A stretch of DNA of 64,000 bases. Source: Saccostrea echinata. Taxonomy: Eukaryota. The notes under the pieces are model-generated. The model was not told where the DNA came from. It made no database searches and saw only the letters and a list, made by a program, of their open reading frames with translations. Shown piece by piece: positions 24,801-37,265 of the stretch (position 1 is the first letter of the stretch; every line of letters starts with the position of its first letter). Position numbers and translations under genes: made by a program. The DNA lies in contig NW_026889758.1 in assembly GCF_033153115.1 (NCBI RefSeq), positions 17,422,001 to 17,486,000 on the forward strand, written 5' to 3'.

Positions 24801-26377
24801 ATTTAAGAGGAAAAGTACCTATGATTGAACCATTTGTTCCTAATGCACTATATTACCGAAAAAAGACAATAAGGAGGGCAGAAATTATGGAACATAGAAA
24901 CAAATTGGCCAAAGGAGTTCCACAGACGGGGAAACGAAGTTTGTATGATATACCGAAAAGAAAGGTTGCTAGAAGTATGAAGCAGCTGAAAACTGCTAAT
25001 GCTGAGCAAGAGCTGTTAAGTCCGTCCATGAATATTGTCAGACCATTTAGTGATTACAGAGCGACGACTCGACGGGAGGTTCAACAACGACCCCGCACTG
25101 CCATAGGCCTGACAAGTTTGACATCAATGAAAGAGCGAACCAGACCAGTTTCAGAAAACAACCGAGTGTTTTTAACTGAATGCAGCAATGGTAATTCAGA
25201 GGGTGAAAGGGATAACATGATATTGAATGAAAACGATAATTTTTTAAAGCAGTTAGATAATCTTCATCGCGAAAAATATGAAAATAGGTCCAGGATTATT
25301 TGCTCTGCCACAGCAAGAGAAGAATTGATGAACGATATGCGATACTTTAACGGTAGTACAGGCGAGGTTCAGGTACCAAATGACGATGCTTATTTTGACT
25401 GGGAGACCAGTGAAGGGCACCTTAATAGGTTAGAGGATAGGATTAAAAGTTTCTGTGACAAGCTAGAAAAGACAGCAAATAACAAGGACGCACCAAGGCT
25501 TTCTCCTCTAAAGAGATTTTCCATTCAAGATGATAGAGATGTGAGTACAAACTTTTTGCAAGAACATTTATTGTACTTAATCGGGAATAAATGGGGGAAG
25601 GGGGTTGTTCCAAAATATAGATAAGTACCTGCATATGTTGAATTGTACAAAAATGATTCTGGTATATAATTGTTTGGTATGACAAACACGATTTTTTTAT
25701 TCAGTAAGAAATAAACAATTTTTAGCTCAAGTGACCTGAAAGCTCAGGGTGAACTTTTCAGATACATTTTGTCTGGCGTCCATGTGTAAACTTTTCACAA
25801 TTTTGACCTTCTCAAGAACCACTGGATGAATTTCAGCCAAACCTTGCCACAAAGTATCCTTGGGTAAAGGGGATTTAAATTTCTTCAAGTGAAGGGCGTC
25901 ACATCTTTCTAGGGGAGATAATTCAGAATAAGTGAAAATATAATGCATCTTTCAAAATCTTTTTCTCAAGAACCACTGAGCCAGAAAAGTTGAAACTTGT
26001 GTGAAAGTTCCATTACATAGTGTAAATTCAAGTTTGTTCAAATCATGACCCTCGGGGTAGGGTAGGGCCACAATAGGCATTCAAAGGTTTACATAGGAAC
26101 ATATATTTAGGCTAATGAATATGATATTTTGGAAGAAGGTTGATGTAATTCTTTTCATTTCTTACAGGAAAATAACTTTGATCTTAAAGTTCCCAAACCA
26201 GGAGGAACAGTATTCGTTCGTACAAAAATATGCAACAGTCATGAGATGTCATCGGAGGAAGACGTTCACCAGCATGTACGGAGATTTATTCTAACAAGGG
26301 AGAGTAGTGGTGTGGATCAGGTACAACTTCCGGACAGACCTAAATCGGCGTTTGCTGGTTATCAAGAAAGAAGATAA
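18814..26377 (+). CDS. Cyclic nucleotide-binding domain-containing protein (CNBD2-like)
   Basis: Exons 18814-18943, 20976-21063, 22502-22741, 23030-23157, 23735-23916, 24015-24113, 24203-24351, 24468-25540, 26168-26377 splice in frame. First cNMP domain: DVIIAQGEKGNSFFIMLTG...GKSFGEVALMSEDSVRNATVLADEETDLMVISRELF. Second domain: YGSTIVKQGDPPPGLLFIVQG, with a degenerate phosphate-binding cassette. Confidence 0.87.
25721..26100 (+). mobile_element. Truncated Helentron-like element in the last CNBD intron
   Basis: ttagctcaagtgacctgaaagctcagggtgaac...aaaccttgccacaaagtatccttgggtaaagggg; same family as the 56359 element. Confidence 0.7.
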
Positions 26378-26759
26378 AATTAGTCCTTAAATGTTGATGC
26401 TTAAGATGCAGGAGATACAAATTGGATGGAAACCATGTTTGTTAATTGAAGATAATGAACAACTTAGTTCCTAACTATAATACTTTTTTATCACTCATAC
26501 TTGAGACATGTACATGCAGTTTAGATATAATAAATGTATGTTTGGAGTTTCTCTCCCGTCCACTTTCTGGTAAAATACAATTTGTTGTGATTTACTGTTG
26601 ATAAATTATATCTATTCAACACCACCTTAACTAATTAAGAATATCTTTTATGACATAGTTTGAAAACAGGGGAATGTAAAGCAAATGTCCTTTTGAAGGA
26701 AAATTCTCTACACAAGGTATTCTTAAAAGACTTGATTTTATGGTCGTTATAATGACCTT

Positions 26760-27035
26760 GTTAACAAATATAACCTATCATTAGGTCGTGTGTTGGCTGA
26801 TGTGTTTCATACCAATTGTAAGGCCTTTGTTTTTATACTAAATTTGACAACGGAAGGTTCCGTCTACCTGATCTAGACTGGCGGCGGGTGACTAGTTATC
26901 ATTAGATGCTTGCTCCTCCTAGGCACCTGATCCCTTCTCTGGAATTTCCGGGGGTCCATGTTTTATGTCCTGTTCAGGTATTTGTATTGTTTGTAGATTT
27001 TTTAGGTCGATCACAGTTCGCTATCTTAACCTTTT
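26760..27035 (+). mobile_element. Retroelement 3'-end fragment (probably of the Penelope-like family)
   Basis: gatgcttgctcctcctaggcacctgatccc...; a related copy lies in the opposite orientation at 27433-27600. Confidence 0.55.
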
Positions 27036-27234
27036 TCATTAATGTGATTTTATTCAGCAGTGTACTGTGGAATCAAGTCACTTCTCCAGGGTTTGCTAAA
27101 AATAGATTAAGTCTTTTTACATTGTCTTAATTTTGATGCCTTCCCAACTATATAAATACACATGACGTACTCCATTTCTATTTCCATGGTAAATTTGGAA
27201 GCATTGATAATCAGTCTGCCAGGATTTTCGGAAT

Positions 27235-27432
27235 ATTTAGAGTGATGCCATTTTTCAATTTCTTCAAAGAGAAGCTGTCCTGGACTCTCTGTTGGTCGCA
27301 TATCTGTGTGTCCTTCAAAATTAAGTAAGTTTTCTGATGTTTCTTATTTCCACCAGGCCGCTGAATTAATGCTTTAGCCGCCCCAAGGCTTTGGGATTGG
27401 GAAAACGTTGATTAAAGTTTCTGATGAAGCAG
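27235..27432 (-). pseudogene. Frameshifted PGRP last-exon relic
   Basis: The minus strand reads CFIRNFNQRFPNPKAL / AAKALIQR / FEGHTDMRPTESPGQLLFEEIEKW across frameshifts. It is homologous to [18 protein letters not shown]...[22 protein letters not shown] of the intact PGRPs. Confidence 0.8.
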
Positions 27433-27900
27433 TGGTCATGCTTAAAGGTCCAATTAAACGACTCAAATTGAAATCGTGAGCAGAGCCAATTCGGACCCCT
27501 GAAAACAGGTGGGATCAGGTGCCATGAAGGAGTAAGCATCCCCTGTGACCTGTCACACCCGCCGTGTGCTCTCTGAAAAAAGAGCACATGACGAACACAC
27601 AATCAAACACATACAAAAGAAAATAATAACTTTGAAAAACATTAACAACAATCGGCAAATTTCATAATAATAGAAAAGATTTATAGGAGAGGTATCTTAA
27701 TTCAGATTGTTTTCCCTAAAATAAACAAATCTTAAAACAGAAAGTTTAGTACTGTGCAACAATTTCTCTTCTGTAAATTTGGTGAGATTTAATTCTTTTG
27801 GTTGTCTGGCGTTTCAATCCAAGCAGGTATGAATATGTTCCTCATAACGTCGTGTTCTTCAGTGTGCCAAATTTCACTGTCCTAAGCATTTTCATCATCG

Positions 27901-28249
27901 ACAAAAATATGTCATACAGCTTTACAGAAATAGCAGGGCCGTTGCCACACGACTAAAGGATCTCAAATTCCATTGTTAACGAATCTTGGGGAAAAGTTGA
28001 AAGAAAAGTTACCAAGATGACAAAATAATATTCATATACAACTGCACCAACAGATTACAGATTAAACAAAGAAAAGGAACAATTGATGGAGCAGTTCGTA
28101 GTTCTTTATTTAAGCGGCAAAGTACCTATGATTGAACCATTTGTTCCTAATGCGCTGTATTGCCGAAAAAAAGACAATAAGGAGGGCAGAAATTATGGAA
28201 CATATAAACAAATTGGCCAATGGAGTTCCGCAGACGGGAAAACGAAGTC
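27901..28249 (+). pseudogene. Degenerate partial duplicate of CNBD exon 8 (source about 24600-24940)
   Basis: Near-identical DNA (gaaaagttaccaag...aaagtacctatgattgaaccatttgttcctaatgc) with indels and an in-frame TGA. Confidence 0.88.
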
Positions 28250-29690
28250 TAATTACCTGGGTAACAGATATTTTTTTATTGATCATGTGTGTTGTCATCT
28301 AATTGTTCATTCTTGATTAATCTGAGATCCTTTATATATATTTTGTTATAAGCTACACATAGATTTAATTCCAGACTTAAAGACGTACAACACGGTGGGG
28401 GAGATAACTCTTGTTATGTTTCTCAGCAGAAAATATAGAATCCAGAGATCAAAACTATCGTAACTTCCGTCAAACAATTTCTCTGTTCTGTTCACCATTT
28501 TCTTTAAATTTATCTTTTGAAAAAGTAGAACTTTTCGAATGTTAAACTCCCATCAAGCTTCGACAGAAATTTCGTGTTTTTTAGAAGTTTACGAAACAAA
28601 TCTGTCCATGGACCATATAATACGCTTGATTTGATGCATTCGGTGTATCTTGTTCTGACGCGCATAAATTGGGCATTCTTGGTTAGCATTAAAAAATTAA
28701 GTAATCTTATTATCAGAAATGACTTTTAATTTACATGAAATTAAACATGCCTTTATATTCATTGTCTTAAAATGCTATGCTGCTCTGTGGTCCACTAAGC
28801 TGATGTTGTCCAGATCAGTTGTTTTCTTATGAATAGAAAATGAAGATACGTTTTCAGTTAGGTGAAATGTCAAGTAATTCTACATTCGAATGCTGCAAGA
28901 AAACATGTTAATATCCAGCTTTTTAAGGTATATATTGACTTTGTGCTGATCTGGAAGGTAATGCGAGATCAAAAAGAATAGAAAACAATATCCGAGAAAG
29001 ATGAATTTTAGTGTACATTTACACTTGATTCTATTTACACCCTTATGGCTATTTTGCCGCGAATATACATATATGCATTTTACATTATTTTATATTTAAC
29101 ATTACTTTTTAGGTACTGTATGTGTTGAACAATGTGTGGATATCGAAGGCAATGTAAAGAACAAACGGGAGGAATCGAAATCCATGTACGAGAAATCAAG
29201 TCTGATTCATTGCAAAAAAAAACAAAACAAGTTCACACCTATTCGGAACACCTAGCAATTTCTTTGAATCTTGATATCATCATGGTAATATTGCAAATAA
29301 TATTCTTTTTAATTAAAAAAAAAGACTTTTACTGTATTAAAGTAATGTGATCCGCCTCTTACTGCAAAATGAAAATATTGGTTTTCTAAAAAGAAACACC
29401 CGTACTACAGAGAATGTATTTTTATTATAAAATATTCCGATATTTCCATTGCGTACTTTAGAACTTAGAATTTAGAATTATACCGATCTGCGTTTTGTAT
29501 CGACTTTCGAAAAAGACTTACTTTTGGGGAACTGGAATCTTGCTCCCTCAATGATATACATGTACTTAAACTGTATAATAATAAATTGCTTACGTTTTCA
29601 TTAACAAAAAGGGTAGCTGTATTTTTTAATTGTTCTGTTGATCACTGTTGAAAGTGCGATCTTTACAAATTTGAGTCAGTTTATAAACTC

Positions 29691-29692
<2 letters not shown>

Positions 29693-29726
<34 letters not shown>

Positions 29727-30860
29727 GTATATGTTTTCGTCCGTCGTCGTGCAATGTGCGTCGTCCGTCATTTGAACATTTTCAGCTTCTTCTATGGAAC
29801 CGCTGAACCATTTCCAACCAATTTTGGCATACAGCATATATGAGTGAAGGGGAACAAAATTGGCGAATTTCATGGTCCCTGCCCCCCCCCCCGGGGGCCT
29901 GAGGAGTGGGACTAAAACTATAAAAATTAGTGCATCTTTAAAAATCCCTGTTGAATATATAGTGAAGATGCATTATGTCTTTAAAAATCTTCTCGTCTGC
30001 TCCCGAGCATTAAGCAAACAAACTAAATACATAGTTCTGAAGAGATAAAGAAGGGTACCTCATCCAAAATTGTTAATTCCATGGCGCCAGGGTCAGGGGT
30101 TCTGGTGAAAGGGCGGGGCTCTAATGATTATATAGTGAAAATTCATTAATTCTTTGAAAATCTTCTTCTCTGCTCCGAGGTACAAACCGATGAATTAAGT
30201 ACGTATATATGATGATGAAGGGTGCCTCTTCCAAAATTGTGAATTTTATGTTACATGGGTCAGGGGTTCTAGTGTTAGGGCGGGACTCTAATGATTATAT
30301 AGTGAAAGTGCATTATTTCTTAAAAAAAAATCTCTTCTGCTCCTGGGTATTTTGCAAACAAGTTTAAAACATAGTTATAATGAGATGAAGAAAGGTGCAT
30401 CTTTCAAAATTGCGAATTTCATGGCCCCTGGATCAGGGGTTCAGATGTTAGGGCGGGGTTCTAAAGACTATACAGTGAAAATTCATGAATACTTTGAAAA
30501 TCTTCTCTGCTCCAGGGTGCAAAACCGATGAACGTATTTCATATTTATGATGAGCAAGGCTGTCTCTTTAGAATTATGAATTTCATGGTCTGGTGTTTGG
30601 GTGGTGCTCTAATGATTATATAGTGAAAAATTCATTACTCCTTTGAAAATTTTCTCCTCTGCTCCTGGGTATTAAGCCGATGAAATAAGTACATGGTTAT
30701 GATAAACAAGGTTGCCTCTTCCAACATTAAGAATTTCATGGTCCCTGAGCTTGGGATTCTGGTGTTAGGACGGGGCTTTAATGATTATGTAGTGAAAATT
30801 TATTAATTTTTTGAAAATTTTCTACTCTGCTCCGGGGTACAAAGCCGATGAACTAAGTTC
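29693..30860 (+). mobile_element. Helentron-like element with internal ~165-180-bp tandem repeats
   Basis: 5' palindrome ggtcacctgagtcactcaggtgacc, a (cgt)n tract, and repeated gggcggggctctaatgattatatagtgaaa units. Confidence 0.72.
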
Positions 30861-31287
30861 ATTCTTACGACTTGGGACTTGCTAAAGTTTATATTCCATC
30901 CCTCAATCACCAATCATATAAGATAACAATACATGTTTTTGGTAAATTACCATGCTCAGATCTCAACACTAGAAAATTTTTCCATTTTTATTATTGAGGT
31001 CAAACAAATTACAATTTAGCCAGTTAGTTTTAAAATTATTGTGCATTGATTAATGCATTTTATTCATGGTTTTAGGTGTCAGTTTTGAGATCTTATCTTA
31101 CAACTAATCAATGTTTTATAATGCAAATGTACCTTCCTGAAAATGCGTTATTATTTTCTATGTAATCCCCTGCATGAAAGTACAAATGAATGTCAGTTTA
31201 TCGTGTTAAATTTTATTGAAACGAAGTATTCATTGCAAAACAGTAGATAATAATAGCATTTTGTAATCTCTGTCGACATAAGCAATA

Positions 31288-33343
31288 TCAGTTTCCATGA
31301 TAAAAAGGCCATGTCTTTAAATCTTGGTATAGGCATTTCCCAGGACTCACTGTGTCTCTAAAATCTCTGTGACCCATCAAAATGAAATTAGTCGATATTT
31401 TGCCTTCTTTCACACCCCTGCGTATCAGATCTTTAGCAGCTCTAAGTGCTTTTTGGTTTGGAAGACGTCTGTCAAAGTTTCCAATGAAGCAAATACCTGA
31501 AAAAAGGAGATAGATCTGTTCAATGACTTTTGTTTCGGTGGAATTTTTCACAAGTTTTAATCTGATTTTCTTTAAACTTAATTTTTTTTTATTCTATACT
31601 TTTCATAAATGTTATCTTAGTAAAAAAAAAATTAAAAGCAATGGTCAGTAAAAAGAATATGAAGAAACTTTTCGTAATTATCATATAGAACATAAATAAA
31701 GGTTAAATAAAGATGTATCATATACCTATGCTGTATTTGTTGAGTCCTTTCGTGTGAGCCCCTTCCTTACCCCATCCACGGCCCTCATATACATTCCCAT
31801 CCTCTCCAATCAAGAAATTGTATCCAATATCAGACCATCCTTAAAATAAGATTGAATATGTCCATCCACTAGTTTCTAACAATTAGAAATACATGTTAAT
31901 TAAGTATGTATAAAAATTAGGTATGTCAAATCGATCAATATTTGATAATCGGTTACTCGGACGATTTTCCGATCAAGTACCTGAGTACTTGATAAAAATA
32001 TGAATACAAGGGGTTTTCTTGAGACCAGTTAAACCCTGTTAAGCCTCAACGATATTTTTGATTGGGCTTGTGTAACTTACGCCACGTTAATTACCGTATA
32101 GCCATGGGCTGTTTTTTTAAAAAAGATTTTTAATAAATAAATGTAGTTTGAAATACGAAAAAATATACAAGTAACCAAGTACCAATTTTAGTATTCGATA
32201 CTCCAACGTTCGATCGAGTACCCTTTTAACAGGGTACCAGTTGACATATTTTTTTATTAAAAAATATGTATGCAACTGTTTTCTCGATCGGTTATAACTA
32301 CGATTTTTCAAAGAAAATTCATGGGGAAAAACACCATGTTAACAAAATAAACAAGCGCTGACAGAAATCCGAATGTATATTAAATGATAAGACCACGTGA
32401 CTTCTTTAAGCTTCAGAAATATTTTTGGAATATCGAATTGACAACCAAATGAAGTTATATCGTTAGACATTTTGTAAATGTTCTTGACTGGATTTAATGC
32501 CAAGTAATCCACTGCTCCGTATGCCCTTCTGTACATAAATGCTACTTTGCGGTCTTTTATATCACAGTTCAAATCATTATCTCTTGTCCGTTAGGGATTA
32601 AGTACGACCACGTTTTTGTTCGAAAGCCACATGCGATTTGTTAACAATGTCGCTGATCATGCACAAGAGTTGCATTCTCTTACTTTTTGTAATACTTAAC
32701 AAAAATACTTTAAAATTTTTATATACATGTTTGAATTTTCATATCTTTTTAAAGAAAACCAATCTGACTTATAATTTGACGAAAGTTGAAACTTTTAATA
32801 CAGGATTATTTTTCATGAAAAATACAAAATGGTTCTTTACCATAAAAAAATCGGACCGAGCGCATTTAAGGAATGAATCTGTCTACACACCTTTGGTATA
32901 AATATGGAAGGTCTGATATGAACGCACTTCTGCTGCACACTGCTCTTCTGTAAACGCTTCCTTACTAGAGGCACTGTGTGAAATAATGACGTATTTTGGT
33001 AGGTTTTGCAGACCATCTACCTTTCCCCCTGGCTGTATTGCTCCCCATTCATTACGGTCTATAAATCTACTCGTAAACAGCTCTAAAATGTAGGTAGTAT
33101 AAAAATAATATTATCAATATGTACAATGTGTATAATCAAAAACTGAAGATCGATAATTCAATCTTTTAAAGAAGTTATTTAATAACCTGAAATATTGACT
33201 CTTTCCAAAGGATCTCTGGAATCCTTTGGCCCACAGTCATATTCCTTTGAGCCTAGTGTATGTAAAAAATCTAAAAGTTTCCGCAGTAATTTTGTGTAAA
33301 CATCTTCTTCAGGATTTATTGCAGTGATGATATTCAATGCCAT
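31288..33343 (-). CDS. PGRP copy B: non-catalytic, with the N-terminal DED-like domain largely deleted
   Basis: Exons 33343-33187, 33082-32891, 31839-31726, 31496-31288 are in frame. Product: [67 protein letters not shown]...YVIISHS...[46 protein letters not shown]...[16 protein letters not shown] exon sizes (192, 114, 209 nt) are identical to copy A. Confidence 0.88.
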
Positions 33344-33412
33344 GAATAAATGTTTCTGAAAAAAAAACCAAATACCTTCAGTGAAGGATATATATATATA
33401 TATTATATATAT

Positions 33413-33575
33413 TTAAGGAATAACTGTCTAATTTTTTGGATTCATGATGTGATCAATCGAGTGGCTTGCGTGATAATTTGCATAAACGCCGAAGGCGTTT
33501 ATGCATAAAATTATCACGCAAGCCAATCGATTGATCATCGTCATGAATCCAAAAAATCTGACAGTTATTCCTTAT
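33413..33575. repeat. About 160-bp near-perfect palindrome/hairpin (probable transposon end)
   Basis: taaggaataactgtc...gcataaacgcc-gaa-ggcgtttatgc...gacagttattcctta. Confidence 0.85.
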
Positions 33576-34309
33576 ATTTACATGCTCCTGATTCTGCAAA
33601 TTCCCGTGTTAATAGCCCCGCTTCTGTCTCTATTTGTCCCGCCCCGCACGTGATTTATTTTAATCGCGCCTATCGATGAACCAGTAGATTTATGTAGAAA
33701 TAAAGTAATTTTACAATTTGTAATTTTATCTCGGACAAAGACATTGGAAATGTAAATATTACATTTTAAACAGTGAAATATTGTGATTTATTTATTGAAT
33801 AAAAATTGATATTATCTCACAGAGTGAAAGGATACCAAAATTATATTCCGTATAGTGTAAAAGGATATCAATGTAATTAAAAAGTAATTTGCGGCCTGAA
33901 ATATGATAAAGATAATAAATAAACCATCTTGATAGAGAATAAAACTGCAAATTTCTTCCCAAATATGTTGCTAAAATCCATGTTACAATGCTTTCAATCT
34001 CACAACTGCTAAGCTATGACGTCTCAACTGCTTAACTATGACGTGCCTGCTTCTTACAATAATGTTAGTACTTTGATTTAGTAAAGCCATGTCGATCATT
34101 TGCCTAGAAGACATAAATCATATCATAAGGTGTAACTTATTCTTTTTGGTAGTGTTTTGAACAACATCTAGAGTTTGACCAGGAAGACATGGCTAGGGTA
34201 AACGGTTATCATTAAAATAATGCTAGGTACAGGTACATGTATTTTGGCTGCTTTCCAAGAAGAATTATTCTGTTTAATATATAACTCATGATAATGTTAT
34301 CGCTACCAC

Positions 34310-35400
34310 AAGGTTTGTTAAAATAAAACATATTATTATATATTAGAGTATGTTGATTTTAAACCTGTTGATAAAATATCTTAGATAGTATGTGAAGGTT
34401 ATATCAATCAAACTTACTCATTTGGACGTCATTTCAAAAGAATTTTAGTTACTTGTGTTTCATTTAAAACTAAGATGGCCAACCTGTATAATCTTATGGA
34501 TCATAATTCAGCTTCATTAGCTACGGGTAATCAGCATTTAGGTATACTAAATATGAAATAATGCATAAAATATATTTATAATTTAAAAGGGTTTAACTTT
34601 GGTTGAAACCGAAACTTTTCAGTTAACTTTCATTTTACAAAATATATACAATTCGTGATGTAATGTTTTCTATATCAAAAGGTTAACTGTTTAAACAACA
34701 CATATTATAATATTTTAAAGTATGTATCATTTTAAGATTGATTTTAAACCTGTTGATAAATCATCTTAAATAGTGTGTGAATGTTATATCAATCAAACTT
34801 ACCCATTTGAACTCCATTTCAAAAGAATTTTAGTGACGTGTGTCTAATTTAAAACTAAGATGGCCAACCTGTAGAATCTTATGGAATCATAATTCAACTT
34901 CATTAGCTACGAGTAAACAGCATTTAGGCATATTAAATATGAAATAATGAATAAAATATATTTATGATTTAAAAGGGTTTAACTTTGGTTGAAACCGAAA
35001 CTTTTTAGTTAACTTTCATTTTAAAAAATATATACAATTCATGATGTAATGTTTTCTTTATCAAAAGGTTAACTGTTTAAACAACACATACAGTGTATTA
35101 TAACATTTTGAAGCATGTAACATTTTGAGATTGAATTTAAACCTGCTGATAAAATACCTTAGTGTGTGAATGTTATATCAATCAAATTTACCCATTTGAA
35201 CTCCATTTCAAAAGAATTTTTAGGACGTGTGTCTAATTTAATCTTATGGAATCATAATTCAAATTCATTTGCTACGGGTAAATAGCATTTTGGCATATTA
35301 AATATGAAATAATGTATAAAATATATTTATAAATTAAACGGGTTTAATTTTGGTTGAAAACAAAAACTTTTCAGTTAACTTTCATTTTACAAAATGGTAT
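34310..35400. repeat. Triplicated ~385-bp segment covering the putative promoter and first non-coding exon of PGRP copy B
   Basis: gattttaaacctgttgataaa recurs at about 34356, 34740 and 35133. A homologous single copy lies at about 44245-44580, upstream of copy A. Each unit contains a minus-strand GTAAG/GTAAA donor. Confidence 0.8.
34605..34616. promoter_or_regulatory. ISRE-consensus motif GAAACCGAAACT (second copy at 34991-35002)
   Basis: Matches GAAANNGAAACT. On the minus strand it lies about 25 nt upstream of a TATA-like TATAAATATA (34571-34580). Confidence 0.5.
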
Positions 35401-35929
35401 AAACATCCAAGTTTTTGGTATGCGAAGAATTTTATTTTTTGAATAAAGATTCTTATAATATCCCCTTCCGCTTTATTAGCACTTTGAAAAAACTTTCACT
35501 TTATCTCAACGTCAAGAACGGGTATTTTAACTATAGATATTTCTTTAAATTTTTTAAATGGTATCTTCCTTTTGTGCGAAACATTGTTTTTGTACAGAAT
35601 ACCGGACTTCAACTGGCTTAAATATCGCAATATTGAGATCCAAACAGTTACGTTATGTTTAATCTATTTTAGGATTTTATTTTAGAAAAGACTAACAAAA
35701 ATTTCAATTTTGCAGCATATTTTTGTATAATATTAAAACGTCTTCAAATTACAAGTTTACGATTGAAGATTACTACATCTCGAAAAGATCAAGGAAAGTC
35801 CATTTTTTGATTCCTCGACACCAGAATATAGGCTCGGATCTGTGATTATGGATATTGCAAATCATAGGTTTTTTAAAAACCCACGTTTTACTGAAGAAAA
35901 TGCAGCTAAAACAATCCGTTTTTTCCTTT

Positions 35930-37265
35930 AACTTCAATATGCCAACAAAGGAATTGATGCGGTTAATATAAGTAATATTCTTAATCACAAAAGGGTCCAG
36001 TCTTGTATTCCACCATATTTCAAGTTAAAGACTACGCCTTGTATTTCCTACAAATATACATCGACTATTGCTTCCAAACTTTTTAATTACAAGAAACTTT
36101 ACAGGGCCTGGATATCGAATATCTGAAACATAATCCTCCATCGTGTTCATGTTCTTCTTCACCCTATAACTATAGTCCTGCTGGAAACGTTATTACTGGT
36201 GACGTAAATATAGTTGATAATGACGACCTTAGATCACTAATTTTAAAAGGTCCTAAATATAGGGAACCCCAATCCTTCAACTGGCGTCGGAATTTCATAA
36301 ATATTATGGATTCTGTAGAGGATTACGCCAGGCGATGGGCCAGACATGAAAAAGAAGACCTTAACATTTGTCAGAATGGATTAAATGTATCAGATGTATG
36401 TTAAAATCGCGCATTAAAAGATTGAGGGGCAATTTGAGAACCATTTATCCTTCTGTATTCAATAATCCAGAAGTGAAAAAAGAATTAGAAAGATTACATG
36501 ATCAGTACGTACTGGTCCCTGCTGACAAAGCAGGTAACAACATTGTCTTTGTTTGTAAGGCTCATTACATGTATATTAAATGTATTTTAGAGGAACTTGG
36601 ATTTAATTCTACAAGTGGTAATCCAACTTATACTCATAGTTCCCTTTCTAAGGAAGAAATTCTTGAAAATCATATGTCAGTTTTGAATATTTTTAATATT
36701 CCAAACAACCAAAATGAATTTGAATTACCATATCTATATTGGATTCCGAAACTTCATAAAAATCCTTACAAACAAAGATACATAGCTGGTTCCAGTAAAT
36801 GTTCAACCAAGCCTCTTTCTTTACTCCTTACTATGATATTAACCGTAGTGAAGGAGAAACTTTAAGAGTACTGTGCAATAATATATTGGAGAAGTGGTGT
36901 AAATCAGATGTGGATACTTAAAAATTCCAAGGAACTTTTGGAAAATTTAAAATCACAAGATTTTACCAAAATCAACAGCTTAAAAACTTACGACTTTTCG
37001 TCTATATACACAACCATTTCCCACGATAAATTAAAGTTCAGGCTTTTAGATATCATTGACAACTGCTTTTTCAATAAAAATGGAACTCGTAAATTTACTT
37101 ACCTTGTCATTGGTCATTTGCAAAATTATTTTGTTAAAAAAAAACATTCTTATTGTACACAGAAGTACTCTGAAGTTGACATTAAAAAGATGCTGAGTTA
37201 AGTTCTGATTGACAATATCTATGTGGTTTTTGGAGACCAGGTCTTCCAACAATCTATTGGAATTC
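35930..37265 (+). mobile_element. Degenerate Penelope-like retroelement reverse transcriptase fragment
   Basis: Broken ORFs with VLVPADKAGNNIVFVCK, YLYWIPKLHKNPYKQRYIAGSSKCSTKPLS, MWILKNSKELL, LKTYDFSSIYTTISH and VLIDNIYVVFGDQVFQQSIGI, typical of PLE-type RT. Contains stops and frameshifts. Confidence 0.82.

Noticed and set aside
24479-25624. Stand-alone 381-aa gene
   Set aside because: It is internal exon 8 (24468-25540) of the CNBD gene, bounded by AG and GT.
36368-37201. Host protein-coding gene or active reverse transcriptase
   Set aside because: It contains stops and frameshifts and is truncated before the catalytic DD motif; it is a decayed Penelope-like element.
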